64,000 bases of DNA from Nymphaea colorata. Taxonomy: Eukaryota. Every line of letters starts with the position of its first letter. The first letter of the stretch is position 1. The stretch spans positions 33,976,001 to 34,040,000 of the forward strand of contig NC_045138.2 of assembly GCF_008831285.2 (NCBI RefSeq), written 5' to 3'. Below are positions 27,203 through 39,250 of the stretch, piece after piece. Under the pieces are notes generated by a model that did no database searches, had not been told where the DNA came from, and saw nothing but the letters and a program-made list of their open reading frames with translations. Made by a program: the position numbers and the translations under genes.

Positions 27203-28568
27203 CGTAACACTTGGTTTATCTTTGGGTAACTTTCCAGAAATTGAAAAATTCAACTTGCTAATTCAGATGGTAAATAAGAAACAACTAATTCAAATGTATT
27301 AAACATACTAGCAAGATTATTAAAAATAAGTTAAATGGCATGCAAATATCGAAAAACTCATGTTTGTTTTTATTTTTTCGGATGTCTACTTCTTGTCAAT
27401 GTGCTAGGCCAGTGACGTACACAACAATTCTGATCGGCATACCGCATAATGTAGGTGTCCAAATAAAGCTGGACTCGTTTATTAAACGAAGCGACTTCAA
27501 ATTAAAGACAATAACTAGTTTACATGTGAATCGAGCGAGCCATGTGACAATTTAGCTGTTATTAACAATTTTATATCAGTAATGTTCAATACTTTATAAG
27601 TACTGTAGATGAAAGGAAAAACACGACTTTCTTTGATTTAAACAATATACTTATAAGAGCACCTATTCATTCAATGGCTACAAGTTTAATAGATTCACTA
27701 TAATTCTATGATTTTATCAAACATTTGCTACATTTCACGATTTAATTCAAATTGGTTTCGGAAATGTTGGTTTTTTAACTATTATCCTTGGACACTGTCA
27801 TTTTATTATAGAAATACACATCTAGATTGAGGGAGATTTAGTTAAGATATGTTTCCTAACAAGCTACTACTATTGAGATCAAGATCATATTGCACCTATC
27901 AAATTTATTTCGGTTGCGTATTACATAAAAGCGGCTCTGTTGAAAATCTATGAAAACTAGTAATAAATTGTCGGGGATGGAGTAGAGCGAGATTAGTGAT
28001 TGGAGAGGGTGTTCTAGCAATGAAGAAAAAAAGACTGCACGGGTTGATTATAGATAGTAGCCAATAATTTAATTGACTAAAATTTTTAAATTCTAATTTC
28101 ATCTATTAGGCCTGGCTCGCTTCCCTTCCGTGTCAGACTTCAAAGGTAGTAAAACAGTGAGCCACAAACAATCAAACATTCTAATCGGAGTAGATCTAAT
28201 CAAAGTAGTATTAATTCATGATGGGAAAGAGGATTATTATAAATATAAATTGGGCTTACTGAAGAGTCCAAGTCAGGAAAAAAACAGCTGAAAACCACGA
28301 GAGATATATAAGATCTATGTAATCCAAACGAAAAATGTAGGGCTTGCCATGCTAAATAGAAAATCCATGTTATTCCTTTTCGTTTGTGGAAAATAAATAT
28401 TTTGATTTAACTGAGATTCAGGTTCAGTTCCTCTCTATGTGTAATAAACAATCTGGCTTCTAACATGAACATTCTATCCATGTTCATTGATTTTGACTAT
28501 TAAATTCAGTGAAAGAACATATGAAAAGAGAGTTGTTAAAATCCTCAAACGGTTTATGCATATGGAAA

Positions 28569-31500
28569 GCCCTTACGTCCCTTTTATAGCCTTTTCCATT
28601 AAATGATAAGAGTTAAAAAAAAGGAAGGTAATCGCAACAGGCAATTTCAACGTCCTCGCTTTCTTTTAATTTCAGCTTTCCTTTCTCTTCTTCAACGTCA
28701 ATCTCTCTCCGTCCCTCGATCCTTCGAGCTCTCTTCTCTCGTATCTCGATTCTGCGAGAGGCGCAGCTGTCTGGGGGCACCTGCAACCAGCGACGCACCG
28801 GAACCATGGTAAGAGCTCTCTCTCTCTCTCTCGACGCTAGAAATCCTCTTCCTCCACCCTCTGCTTCAAGGCGGAGGGTTTCTGAATCCAGGGGAAACCC
28901 TCTGCCTCTGAAACACTCTCAAGCGGAGGGTTTCAGAGTTTAGAGAAAACCCTCTGCCTGGAGGCAAGGGTTTCCTCTGCAAATCCTCTGCCACGAGGCA
29001 GAGGGGTTGAAAGAGTTTCCTTGAAACTTTCTCTTCGAGGTGGAGGATTTTTCAGAAAAATCCTCCGTACCCACTCGAGATATGCTTATGGGGCTCTACC
29101 TATTAACGATGGGCATATAATAGACGGCGTCCTCAAGGCATAGCCTCAGCTCGAGGGCCTATTACTTAAGTTTCCCCATGGTTAATCAAAGAGATTCATA
29201 AAGCTCATTTCTGTCAAGTCAATTGTTAAATAAGTGAAAATGTACTGTTTTACCATCCAATAAGAGAATCCAACTAATGAGTGAATTTTTTCAAAGTCTG
29301 TTGGTTTTCAATATTTTGGAACCCACTTTCCAATAAGGTTTCTCAAATTTGTTTTTTTTGTTGTTACCTTAGAAATCTTGATTTTAGAAAGTTCTAATTT
29401 CATGAGTAGAGGTGATCTCTTGAGCAGTATACCAATCTATGGTCGAGAGCTATTCTTTTGTTAGGAATCTCTAAAAATTCAACTCGGGCTTCATCACTGT
29501 GGCATGTCTACATGAAGGTATATCTTTATTTACCTTTAATATTTCCTTGAGGAATGGGAGAAATTTCAAGTTCTTGCTATCAGTTGGCTGAAAGGAATTT
29601 TGAAAGACCTTCGATATGAGCAATGAGGAGAAGTTCAATGAAGTTGAGAAAGCTTGGGAAAGGATATTACATTGACTTTTGACAATCAGGCATTTGCAAG
29701 GATTCAACAATGAAATACTATGAGAAGAAACCCTCATATTCCATAAGATTCTGACAGGATATCAAAAAAAAAAAAAAGCACCTAAAGGAAGGGGGGCTGG
29801 GGGATTTCTCTACTGTCATTGAGCTGAAGGTGATGGAATGAGGTTCCTTCAGACCAACCTCCAAAGTGCTAAAATGAAAAAGAAGAAGGAAAAGGGAGCA
29901 CCAAGAGTGGGAGCAGGGAATTTCTCTACTGTCACTGAGCTGAAGGTGATGGAATGAGTTTCCTCTATGCAAACCTCAAAAGTGCTTATAAAAAAAAAAC
30001 ATGTGGGGGCACCAAGACGGAGGATTTCTGTACTATCACTGAGCTGAAGGTGATGGCATGGGCTTCCTTGCGTGGGGATTTCTCTACTGTCACTAAGCTG
30101 AAGGTGATGGAATGAGATTTCTCCAAGCAAACGTCGTAAGTGCTTTCAAAAAAATAAAAAAGGCATGAAGAGGGGGGGATTTTTCTCTACTGTCACTAAG
30201 CTGAAGGTGATGGAGTGGTCTATCCTCCAAGCAAACCTCGTAAGTGCTTAAAAAAACAAAAAATGAAAAAAAAAGGATACCTGTCAGGAATTATAAAGAT
30301 ATGGGGGCCAAAATCTCAAGTATCAATTGCAAAAATCTTTTGCACATGCGAGATTTCAAGTCAATGTTTACTCCTTTTTTGTGCTTTTCTATGAGGCTGA
30401 GAATTTCTCCTTTATGTTCATGTCCTAGAGATGTAAAGAGTTCCTTTTAAGAAGCTTGATAGCATCGCCTTGAGGTACATCTTAATACCCATGAAATATT
30501 ATGGGTGAACGAGAATATCTCCTGCACACAAACAGTTGCACTCACAAAGCTCAAGTTGAAATTCTTAGAGAAATAAAGTTGTGATCAGATTAGATATTGC
30601 TCACCTTTTGCTCATGAAAAAGTGTAAGCAAAGTTTTCAAACAAAATTCATCCCCCTAGTGTTATTGTTGCATCGAACTATTTTTCCCACAATTAACCGT
30701 TTGCTGTCTCACCAAAGTAGGATCAAACCTAAGACTCTTTGTTCTTACTAGAGTATTAAATCATAACCTTCTTTGTTCTTACTAGAGTATTAAATCATAA
30801 CCTTCATTTCATTGAAATTAATGACAACACCCTGATGCTTGAAGGGGTCCTTGATGAGAAGCAACCATGTGTTTTTCACTTCAAGAAAAAATGCTTTCTT
30901 TGGAGGTTTGAGGGGAGGGGAATGGAAGAGAGATGGCCAATTAGTTTTGCAGGACACCTTCAGTTTAGGAGGTGCGGGAAAGAACATTTTTTTTTGTGAC
31001 CCTTCCTCTTCTTAACTTCTCTTGTGGCAGACTGAAATTAGTGGAGTTTGGTTTAGTTTGGGATTAAATTTAGGCCATGCTTGGCTGTGTCTGTATATTG
31101 GGGTTTCTGGGAAAGGGAAATTTTCTTGGGTGGTTTCTCCATTTTTCAGGGTCTACAATCTGCCAAAAAACTTCTCAAATTTGGGTCTCCCCTCTCCCCC
31201 CGCCCTCTCTCTCTCTATTTCTCCATGGTATTGATTTCCATCTTCACGTGAGTATTGCTCTCTTGTCATATTCAATATTTTTTTCTGGTTGGAAAATCTT
31301 TATTATTTTTTTATGTGCATTTGTGCTTCTTCTCCTTACTTGCCATGTTCATCTCTCCTTCTCTCCCTCTTCTTTTCAGCATATGGGGTGCTGGTCTTTT
31401 AGGTGGTGATTATTCTTTGTTATCATGTCCACATATTGTTCAGCTAGTTTGCATTTCCACTTGTTTAATATTGAAGCAACGTTCACTGCTAGGCTCTTAT

Positions 31501-33249
31501 GGGCTTCCCTCGATTGACAATGAAAAAGTAAGTATTACAAGTTCTTCTTGGTAGACAATATTTGTGTGTTTTACAATTCACACATACACATAAAAGCACG
31601 TAATTATTGTTGCAAGGTGTATGCATGTATTCTTGTAATTATTGTCACTGCAGAACCTGACCCTGTATCTGTCTTTGCAGTATTTTCCATCTGTTGGCTA
31701 CACAGTTCTTGACATTGTTGTTGATTGTTTTCCATCTGTAAGCATCGTGGATGTTGGTTTTATCTGATTTGATAGTAACATGGTATCTGCTCAACATTTG
31801 CAAGGGTTTGTTTGCAATGATCTGTTACTGTATCTAATTTGCTGACCTCATCATTTCTTGGTATCGTGTCTAGACTGTTTCTATAATGTGGATTTCATAT
31901 TTCATGCATGACCTTACCATACATCAACTCAGACTTTGTGTACTTCTCTGCATGTTCTGTTTTCCTGGAACCTTCTTCAAGGCACTTAATTATCTAGGTG
32001 CCTTGTTTTCCATCCATTTGACTTTTTTTTTTTTTTGAGCTTGTGGTGTTTTGGGCATGCTTGGTTCTGAATAGACATCAGTATTTGATTATAGTATAGT
32101 TCTAATTTTTGTAGACCTTTATTGTTCCAAGTTCCTAACGTCCTTATGTTTTGACAAATATGGCTTTCATCTTTTCCTTTGATTTTCTAGAATTTAAATG
32201 TGCCTGAATATTTTGTTGTTACTTTTACTTATACATTCTTCCGTTAGTTTTGAATCTTATTGAATGAGTTGCCTCTGGTAAGAATATCACTTTTCCAAAG
32301 ATTTAATTTTGTAATAATTTGGAGTGTTCATAATTTGTTAGACATATGTTCAGTTTTTCACAAAGAAAGCCCACAAAATTTCAGGATTTTTTGAACTTCC
32401 AGTCATTTTTGATAGATTTTTAAGCTATTCACTGTTTTTGATTCTCACGAACCAAAATTCTGAAAACCAAAATCAATTCTCACTTTTTTAATTGTATCTA
32501 TTTAAGAGATTTTCAATTCTACTTTTTTTGAGTGTTTTGTCAAATTTTATAGTTTTTATTTTATTTTTATATTGAGGAAAATTTCTGCTCAACCACACAT
32601 GAAAAGTTGTGAAGAAAGGGATTAGGAGCATTCTATCATTTCTTTCTGTGCTTCAATGTACGAGTGCATGAAAAAGGAGATTTTTTAAGTTGAAGATTTA
32701 TCTGGAAGGCAACATGAGCCATTAATCATGTATCTTGTATGACATATGGATGTGGCCAACATCTTTGTATGCAGTGTATTTTGATATGAGGAAAATTGCT
32801 GGCCAATGAAGCTCAACCAAGAGGTTGTGAAGAAATGGATTAGGAGCATTTTATCATTTCTTCCTGTGTATTGTTCCTGTTGCAGTTGCTTTGCTGGACA
32901 ACAGTTGCTTTGCTGGAGGTACCGTTGAAATTTCTTGGGAAACGGAAGGAATCTGAATATGGCCAGTGTTGAAATGACACTCACATATTTCCCTTAGGCC
33001 AGTGTTCTTGTGTTGTGATCACCTTAAGACTTCGTCTAGCAAGATTTGTTTTTGAGCTTCATTCGAGTGCTTTGTAGATTAGAAGAAATCAAATGTTCAG
33101 GGTAGAGGTCTATAAAATCTCTCCAAAAGGGGACAATGAGATCCATTCCCTTCCTTTGAAACTTCTTCCAGAGCTTCCAACGTTTCATCTTGGTGATGAA
33201 GCCTTGAAGCCCATATCCTCTTGCCTATTCTCACGTCCTTAATTTCTTA
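28569..33249 (+). repeat. Segmental direct duplication, copy B (~4.7 kb)
   Basis: Near-identical to 17911-22485. Confidence 0.95.
29803..30214 (+). repeat. Second copy of the 5-unit 34-nt repeat array
   Basis: Same repeat and spacer order as 19176-19590. Confidence 0.9.
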
Positions 33250-34035
33250 GCATCCCAGTTTCAGAAGACCTTACTTTAGTCAAATTTGCATGTTATCGTT
33301 AATAAATGGCAAGGGTGGCTTAGTTTCAGCAAAAGACAGGTCCAAACCTTTCTTTATTGTTAGAACATATGGGAAGCATGACCGAACATCAAAAAATTTT
33401 CTTCCTCCCATGATGAACATCAGCCGCCAAGAACAATAGAAACGTCTCAGATATTTGCCTTCTCAACTTTCTTAATATATAAATGCTCCATCAAGTGAAT
33501 ACCAACCAACAATACTCAAATTTATTTTCCCTTTGGTCTATAATTTTTGTATACATCCACGTTATTGAAAGCGCAAAAGAATAACAATTTCTTTATTTGT
33601 ATCATTTACCTATACAAATCAATAAATTAAATAAATGGATGTTCAATTGTTGGAGACGAAAGCCATAAGTCGACGGTTGGAGCTACCCGATGATTGCAGG
33701 CAACTGGATGAAACCATTGTGCCAGTTGCACTTCCAAATGCATGATCACATGGGGACTTAGCAGGCTGGCCCTTGTATATCAGCTACACATTCGCCATAC
33801 TGATCCCTTGGCAGGGTGCACTTGCGCTGCAAGAGAAGTCAAAAGTCAAGTGCCACTTGAGTTGCTGACGTTCCCTTGATGTTCTTGTATATTACATTGG
33901 AAATCTTGACTCCAAAATTCTGCAAAATGCCAATAAATTAATAGCCACTTTTACCAACATTAGCAGCATTTGATGTTAATCTTAAAATGAAAATCTTTTA
34001 ACCCCCTTTTCTTCTATCTGATTTCTGTTGTGCAG

Positions 34036-35116
34036 ATCCCAGTAAACGCACAGAATTTACATGGGAGCAACTTTATAGAATCATCACACGGGTGGCTAGA
34101 GGACTTGTCTATCTATATGAGGATTCCCGTCTCACAGTTATTCATAGAGATGTGAAACCCAGCAACATTTTATTAGATGACAATATGAATCCTAAAATTG
34201 CAGACTTTGGGTTGGCGAGGCTTCTCCTCATTGACCAAACACATCAAGATACCAGCAAAGTTGTGGGTACATAGTAAGATGATTCCTCTCATTCAATTCA
34301 GTTTTTTTTCCCCCCCGTACATGGACCTAACGCATGAACTTGGATAGGAGCTTCCAACTGCTATGTAACTTGCCATTTTTTTTGCAGCCCAATATTGAAA
34401 TGATTTGAAGTGCCATAAAAGACCAAGTTATTTCAAAAAAGAAATGACATGCATTCACATTTTAATTATCTTTTCTGATTAAGAAGCATTTCTAAAATTA
34501 TCTTTACTTCAAGGACCCTGATGCTTTGTAACAGGAAATTTTCTTTTTCTAATATTCAGTTTCACCGAATGGTAATAATACGTGGTCTTTCTTTTATCAG
34601 TGGATACATGTCACCAGAGTATGCAATGCATGGCAAATTTTCTGTAAAGTCAGATGTCTATAGCTTTGGAGTATTGCTGCTAGAGATTGTGAGCGGTAAG
34701 AGGAACATGGCATTCCAAGAATTAGGCGATCAAGATCTTTTGAGCTATGTGTCTTCCAAGAATTACTTGATACCATAAGAAAATATTATTCCAGAGAATG
34801 AAATTTTATATGTGAGAAGACCTGGATACTCTGGTCAGAGGGCAGAGCATTGGAGTTGGTCGATCCTAAACAGTTGGAGTCATGTCCAAGGGCAGAAATA
34901 TTGAGGTGCATTCACATTGGTTTACTCTGCGTGCAAGAGGATCCAGATGATAGGCCAACTATGTCGTCTATTCTTCTTATGCTTAATAGCACATCTGCAA
35001 CACTTCAAAAGCCGTCAAGCCCAGCATTAGTGTTGGACAGAAGCAGAGGCTTATGGATTCTAAATGCAAGCAGCTCAGATATTTTAGAGTACGAATCCAA
35101 GGCGAGTGATGATTGA
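34036..35116 (+). pseudogene. 5'-truncated cysteine-rich receptor-like kinase (CRK/DUF26 or SD1-type). Last three kinase exons: 34036-34273, 34601-34748, 34820-35116
   Basis: [98 protein letters not shown], with the typical CRK/SD1 exon phases. No extracellular, TM or N-lobe exons are seen upstream, where duplicated block B lies. Confidence 0.88.
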
Positions 35117-36949
35117 CATGTTTGTCGCAAATTAGGGATCTTACTGTCTGTGGATTTGGAGGTTATCAAGCCTGAAGTTAAAATAAATTGTTCTGGTTTT
35201 TCAGCTTGTGCCACTCATTATGCAAAAATCTCCATTTGGGTTCAAAATGTCTTTCAAGTTTGGGTGTTCTTTGCCAACTCAAGATTATCATAGCTTTCAG
35301 CTTTCTACCTTGAGTTGTAAAGTCTATTCTGTAAGGGTTTAGAATACCTGCCCATGAATAAATATGTTATTTGAATATTTGGATTACTATTTGCATTAGT
35401 ATCATCATGTGAAGTTGGATTCACTTCCAGTCCAATCAAAACCTAATCTTGATGCGATTGTTACGTGCAAAATGACCATTAATTTTCATGTCGCTCATTA
35501 TGCTTTCTTTATAAAATCCAGTTACAGAACAAATTATTTCAAGAGATTCAACTATAATCTGTCAGAGCTGTTCAGAACCTTGTCTAAACTTAATCCAATG
35601 GCTGTACTTTGGGTTCAAGTTCATATGTGCTGAAATCTGGCCCAGGAACAGTTCGATTTGCCTCCTTAGTGCTAGCACCCTGCAGGGCTGCAAGAATGAT
35701 ATTTCTGATCGAGTTGTCCTTATAATCTGATTATATTCATGACCTCATTTTTATCAGGTAACATGTAAGAGAAACCGAATCTTGTCTATAATATGGTCCA
35801 TAAAAGGTTAATGGCAGTAAAGATGTATCTTATTCCCAAATTTCCCCAGAGATATGTATACATTTGTATTATACTCGTCATCCTAGATCATCGATCTAAT
35901 GTGGCAAGAAAATCTGCACATCAAATTCTGTCGTTATTCAAACTAAGGGGTTTTAGGGCAAGCACGTGATCTATATTGGAGATACTCCGGGAAGATTCTG
36001 ATCGTTAAACCCATAAAATCTCGGATGCTGCAGAGGACGATATCATCCTAGATCATCAGAAGTAATCAAGTGCCCCCATGGTTCTGAGCAGACCAGTGTT
36101 TCTTTTCACTAGTGCTGAAAATATATCAGTTTGAATGATAACCAGATTGCAAATGATCAAATTAGATCAATATTTAAAATTGATTTTGCTTTAATAGATG
36201 CAAGATTTAATCTGGTTGCAATTTTCACATGAAGAGCGGATTCTCTTTATCACTTTTTATAATTTTGGTTCTTTTTTTTTTTGACCATTTTGTTAGAATG
36301 TTCTTACATACAATTCAACTAGATTTAATCACACTTATTCAAATTTAGATCTAATCGTAGTATTTTTTGAAACTTGGGTTGGAACTCAGCAAGAACTAAC
36401 TAGTCAGCAGAATTTGACAGCCCAAGTCAAAATTGGGTGCCAGCTTTGAGTTCAGGTTTGGTGATGTTGATGGACGGTATCAAATGCAAGAGAGGTAAAA
36501 TCTAGATATTCCGAGAAATTTATTTTCTTCATTTTTAGCTTTCAATTCTTATTCTAATTAAGCACGACTCCTGGAAAAGCTTTGCAGCTAGGAATAACAC
36601 GAGACGAGTTTGACCCGAAGTCAGTCCACTGGTGCCCGATCCCTACAAGATCACACATCTCATAGATTTATTTCCAAACGCAGAGAGGATCCAAACCTTG
36701 AGGAAATTTTGTAGGCTTATATGCATCTCAACTTTTTATATGGATCAACTCACAACCTCGCCCCCTTTTTCCTGGTGGGCAACAGTCTATCCAAGGTTGC
36801 AGCACTTGGCCAGACTTGTAGATAAATCCTTGTATTTAGATGTCAGCATTGATCATGAATTATGAGAAGAATTTTTTCATTGTGTTCCTGATACGATGAA
36901 AATTAGGTAGGACTCCAACCCAGCAGGCATAGTAGACATACCTGCAGAG

Positions 36950-37080
36950 CTAATTAATATGTGATCACGAAATAACACTTTTATAATAGTCAGTCGAGAA
37001 AGAGTCAGATGATGTGCTCCGTCAATAGCTTGATCTTCATTCCACCAAGGGTCCTTCAAGACAATATGATTTTTGGTCAT
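36950..37080 (-). pseudogene. SNF2 helicase (CHR27/28-like) exon fragment, inverted copy
   Basis: ORF 36877-37080 reads TKNHIVLKDPWWNEDQAIDGAHHLTLSRLTIIK. Confidence 0.7.
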
Positions 37081-37920
37081 ATAACAAGCATCAGACCTCT
37101 AAAAGGGTGTCAAAATCTCTGACATTCAAGTCTTTCCAATTCATGGTCTTTCCGATTCACGATTGAGTTACAAGGGAAGAGTTGAATGAAAATGACTTTA
37201 GCTGCTAGAGATGAGAGAATTCCAGACCCTTCCAAAGGCTTGATGCCTGTTGTATAACTAAAATGTTCATATAATTTTACTGTCACTTAATGACCATATA
37301 TGTACATATTCAAGGAACCATTCTCTGAACAGGTGTGATCATGGTTCATATTGCCTCGTTGGACCTATGGTCGAACCCAGGGATGCTAGGCGCGGATCTT
37401 CTCTGTGGGACTATATGTTATGTTTATGCCGGCAATCTTTATACTCAAATCAATCTAATAGCAAAAAAGTATGTAATTAAATGAAAAAAAAAAACAAGAA
37501 GAAATGATGAACCATACATATAACATAAAATTCTTTAAGAAAACCAACTGAAGGAGCACCTTCGCCGTCTGCCACACATTCGCAAGCCTGGGATTGAAAA
37601 AACTTGAGGTCACTCTTTGCAGAGCTCAGTAGGGACACTGAGATTTGTCCTTCAACAATCAAATTTAAAGAAAAAAATACACCTAAGAAGAAAAGATACC
37701 ACAAATAATATTTTGGGCAATAGTAGACGTAGAAGTAAAAAAACTCATGTTTCAATGTGTCGATAACAAGTATGGTAATTTTAGGTTTTAATATGATTAT
37801 TGGCATCAAATGTTATCTAATATTTGGCACTACCAGCTGTACTGCCCAAAGTTTCGGTTATTCGTATCTAAATTTCACTAAGTTGTGCTTCATTTATGAA
37901 AATAAAGTTGGCGAAAGACC

Positions 37921-38980
37921 CATTAACTGTTGAAATTTTAAACTTTAATTAGAAATCATTAAATTTTAAACTTTAATTAGAAGTCATTTGACAACAGTCT
38001 CATGAATTACTCCCAAAAATTGGATAGATTCAGTCAACTCCATTTTGTGAGGTAAAATCATGGAATAGTAACGTGTTACTATTATCAAACGGCCCTTAAG
38101 GGTCACAAGTTAAATACAAATTGAAAATTATCAATGCATAAATGAGGCAATTTGACTCAATTATGCCAAACATTTTAGGCAAAACAAAGGAAGTTTCATA
38201 CCACGAAGCAAAATAAAGTAAAAACTTGCACCAATCAAAATTAGAAATGAGACGAACAAAATAAAAAAGAAGCAAAGAGTGAAAAGCAACTAACCCGTGA
38301 AAAGAAGAACGAAGAAAGTATTGAAGCAGAAATCTTCGAAACTAGTACGACATAAAAATAGAAATGACTAAAGGAGGAAATCAAGGAAGCGTAAGCAAAC
38401 TATAGTGAACAAGTTCTCGTAATAAAAACAGCTGTGAATGGTCTGATGCTATCAAAACAACTGTTAAAGATCTTTATTACGAGAACTTGTTCACTATAGT
38501 TTGCTTACGCTTCATCGATTTCCTCCTTTAGTCATTTCTATTTTTATGTCGTACTAGTTTCGAAGATTTCTGCTTCAATACTTTCTTAGTTCTTCTTTTC
38601 ACGGTTTAGTTGCTTTTCACTCCTTGCTTCTTTTTTATTTTGTTCGTCGCATTTCTAATTTTGATTGGTGCAAGTTTTTACTTTATTTTGCTTCATGGTA
38701 TGAAACTTCCTTTGTTTTGCCTAAAATGTTTGGCACAATTGCGTCAAATTGCCTTGTTTATGCATTGATAGTCTGCAATTTTTATTCAACTTGTCACCCT
38801 TAAGGACCGTTTGATGATGGTAACACCTTACTGTTTCATGAATTTACCTCACAAAATGGAGTTGACTGAATCTATCCAATTTTTGGGAGTAATTCATGAG
38901 TTACTGTTGTCAAATGACTTCTAATTAAAGTTTAAAATTTAATGATTTCTAATTAAAGTTTAAAAGTTAAACAGTTAATG
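37921..38980. repeat. Long inverted repeat / fold-back: arms 37921-38426 and 38473-38980, 46-nt loop
   Basis: Outer ends cattaactgt / acagttaatg and inner ends aagttctcgtaataaa / tttattacgagaactt are reverse complements. Complementarity is continuous with scattered mismatches. Confidence 0.95.
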
Positions 38981-39097
38981 CCACTCGGCAGCTAGAGATC
39001 AGGGAGTTCGAGACTCTTCTAGAGGTCAGATGCCTGTTATATATAATATAACTGAAATGTTCATATATTTTTACATATTTGAGAAGCCATTTTCTAA

Positions 39098-39250
39098 ACA
39101 GCTGTGAATGGTCTGAACGAGGCTGCTGCCATTCATATTGCCCTGTTGGACCTATGGTCGAACCCAATGGTTGAAGATCAAGCTATTGATAGAGCACATC
39201 ACACAGGGCAAACACATCATGTCACTGTTTTTCGATTGACTATTAGATCA
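39098..39250 (+). pseudogene. SNF2 helicase (CHR27/28-like) C-terminal exon fragment, best-preserved copy
   Basis: AVNGLNEAAAIHIALLDLWSNPMVEDQAIDRAHHTGQTHHVTVFRLTIR (ORF 39104-39559) matches the helicase-C motif V/VI region GLN..AA.HV.LLDLWWNP..EDQAIDRAHRIGQ. Confidence 0.8.

Noticed and set aside
38995..39025. B-box-like GGAGTTCGAGAC (also GGAGTTCGATAC near 55977) suggesting tRNA or SINE
   Set aside because: No cloverleaf, clear A box or TSD could be identified.
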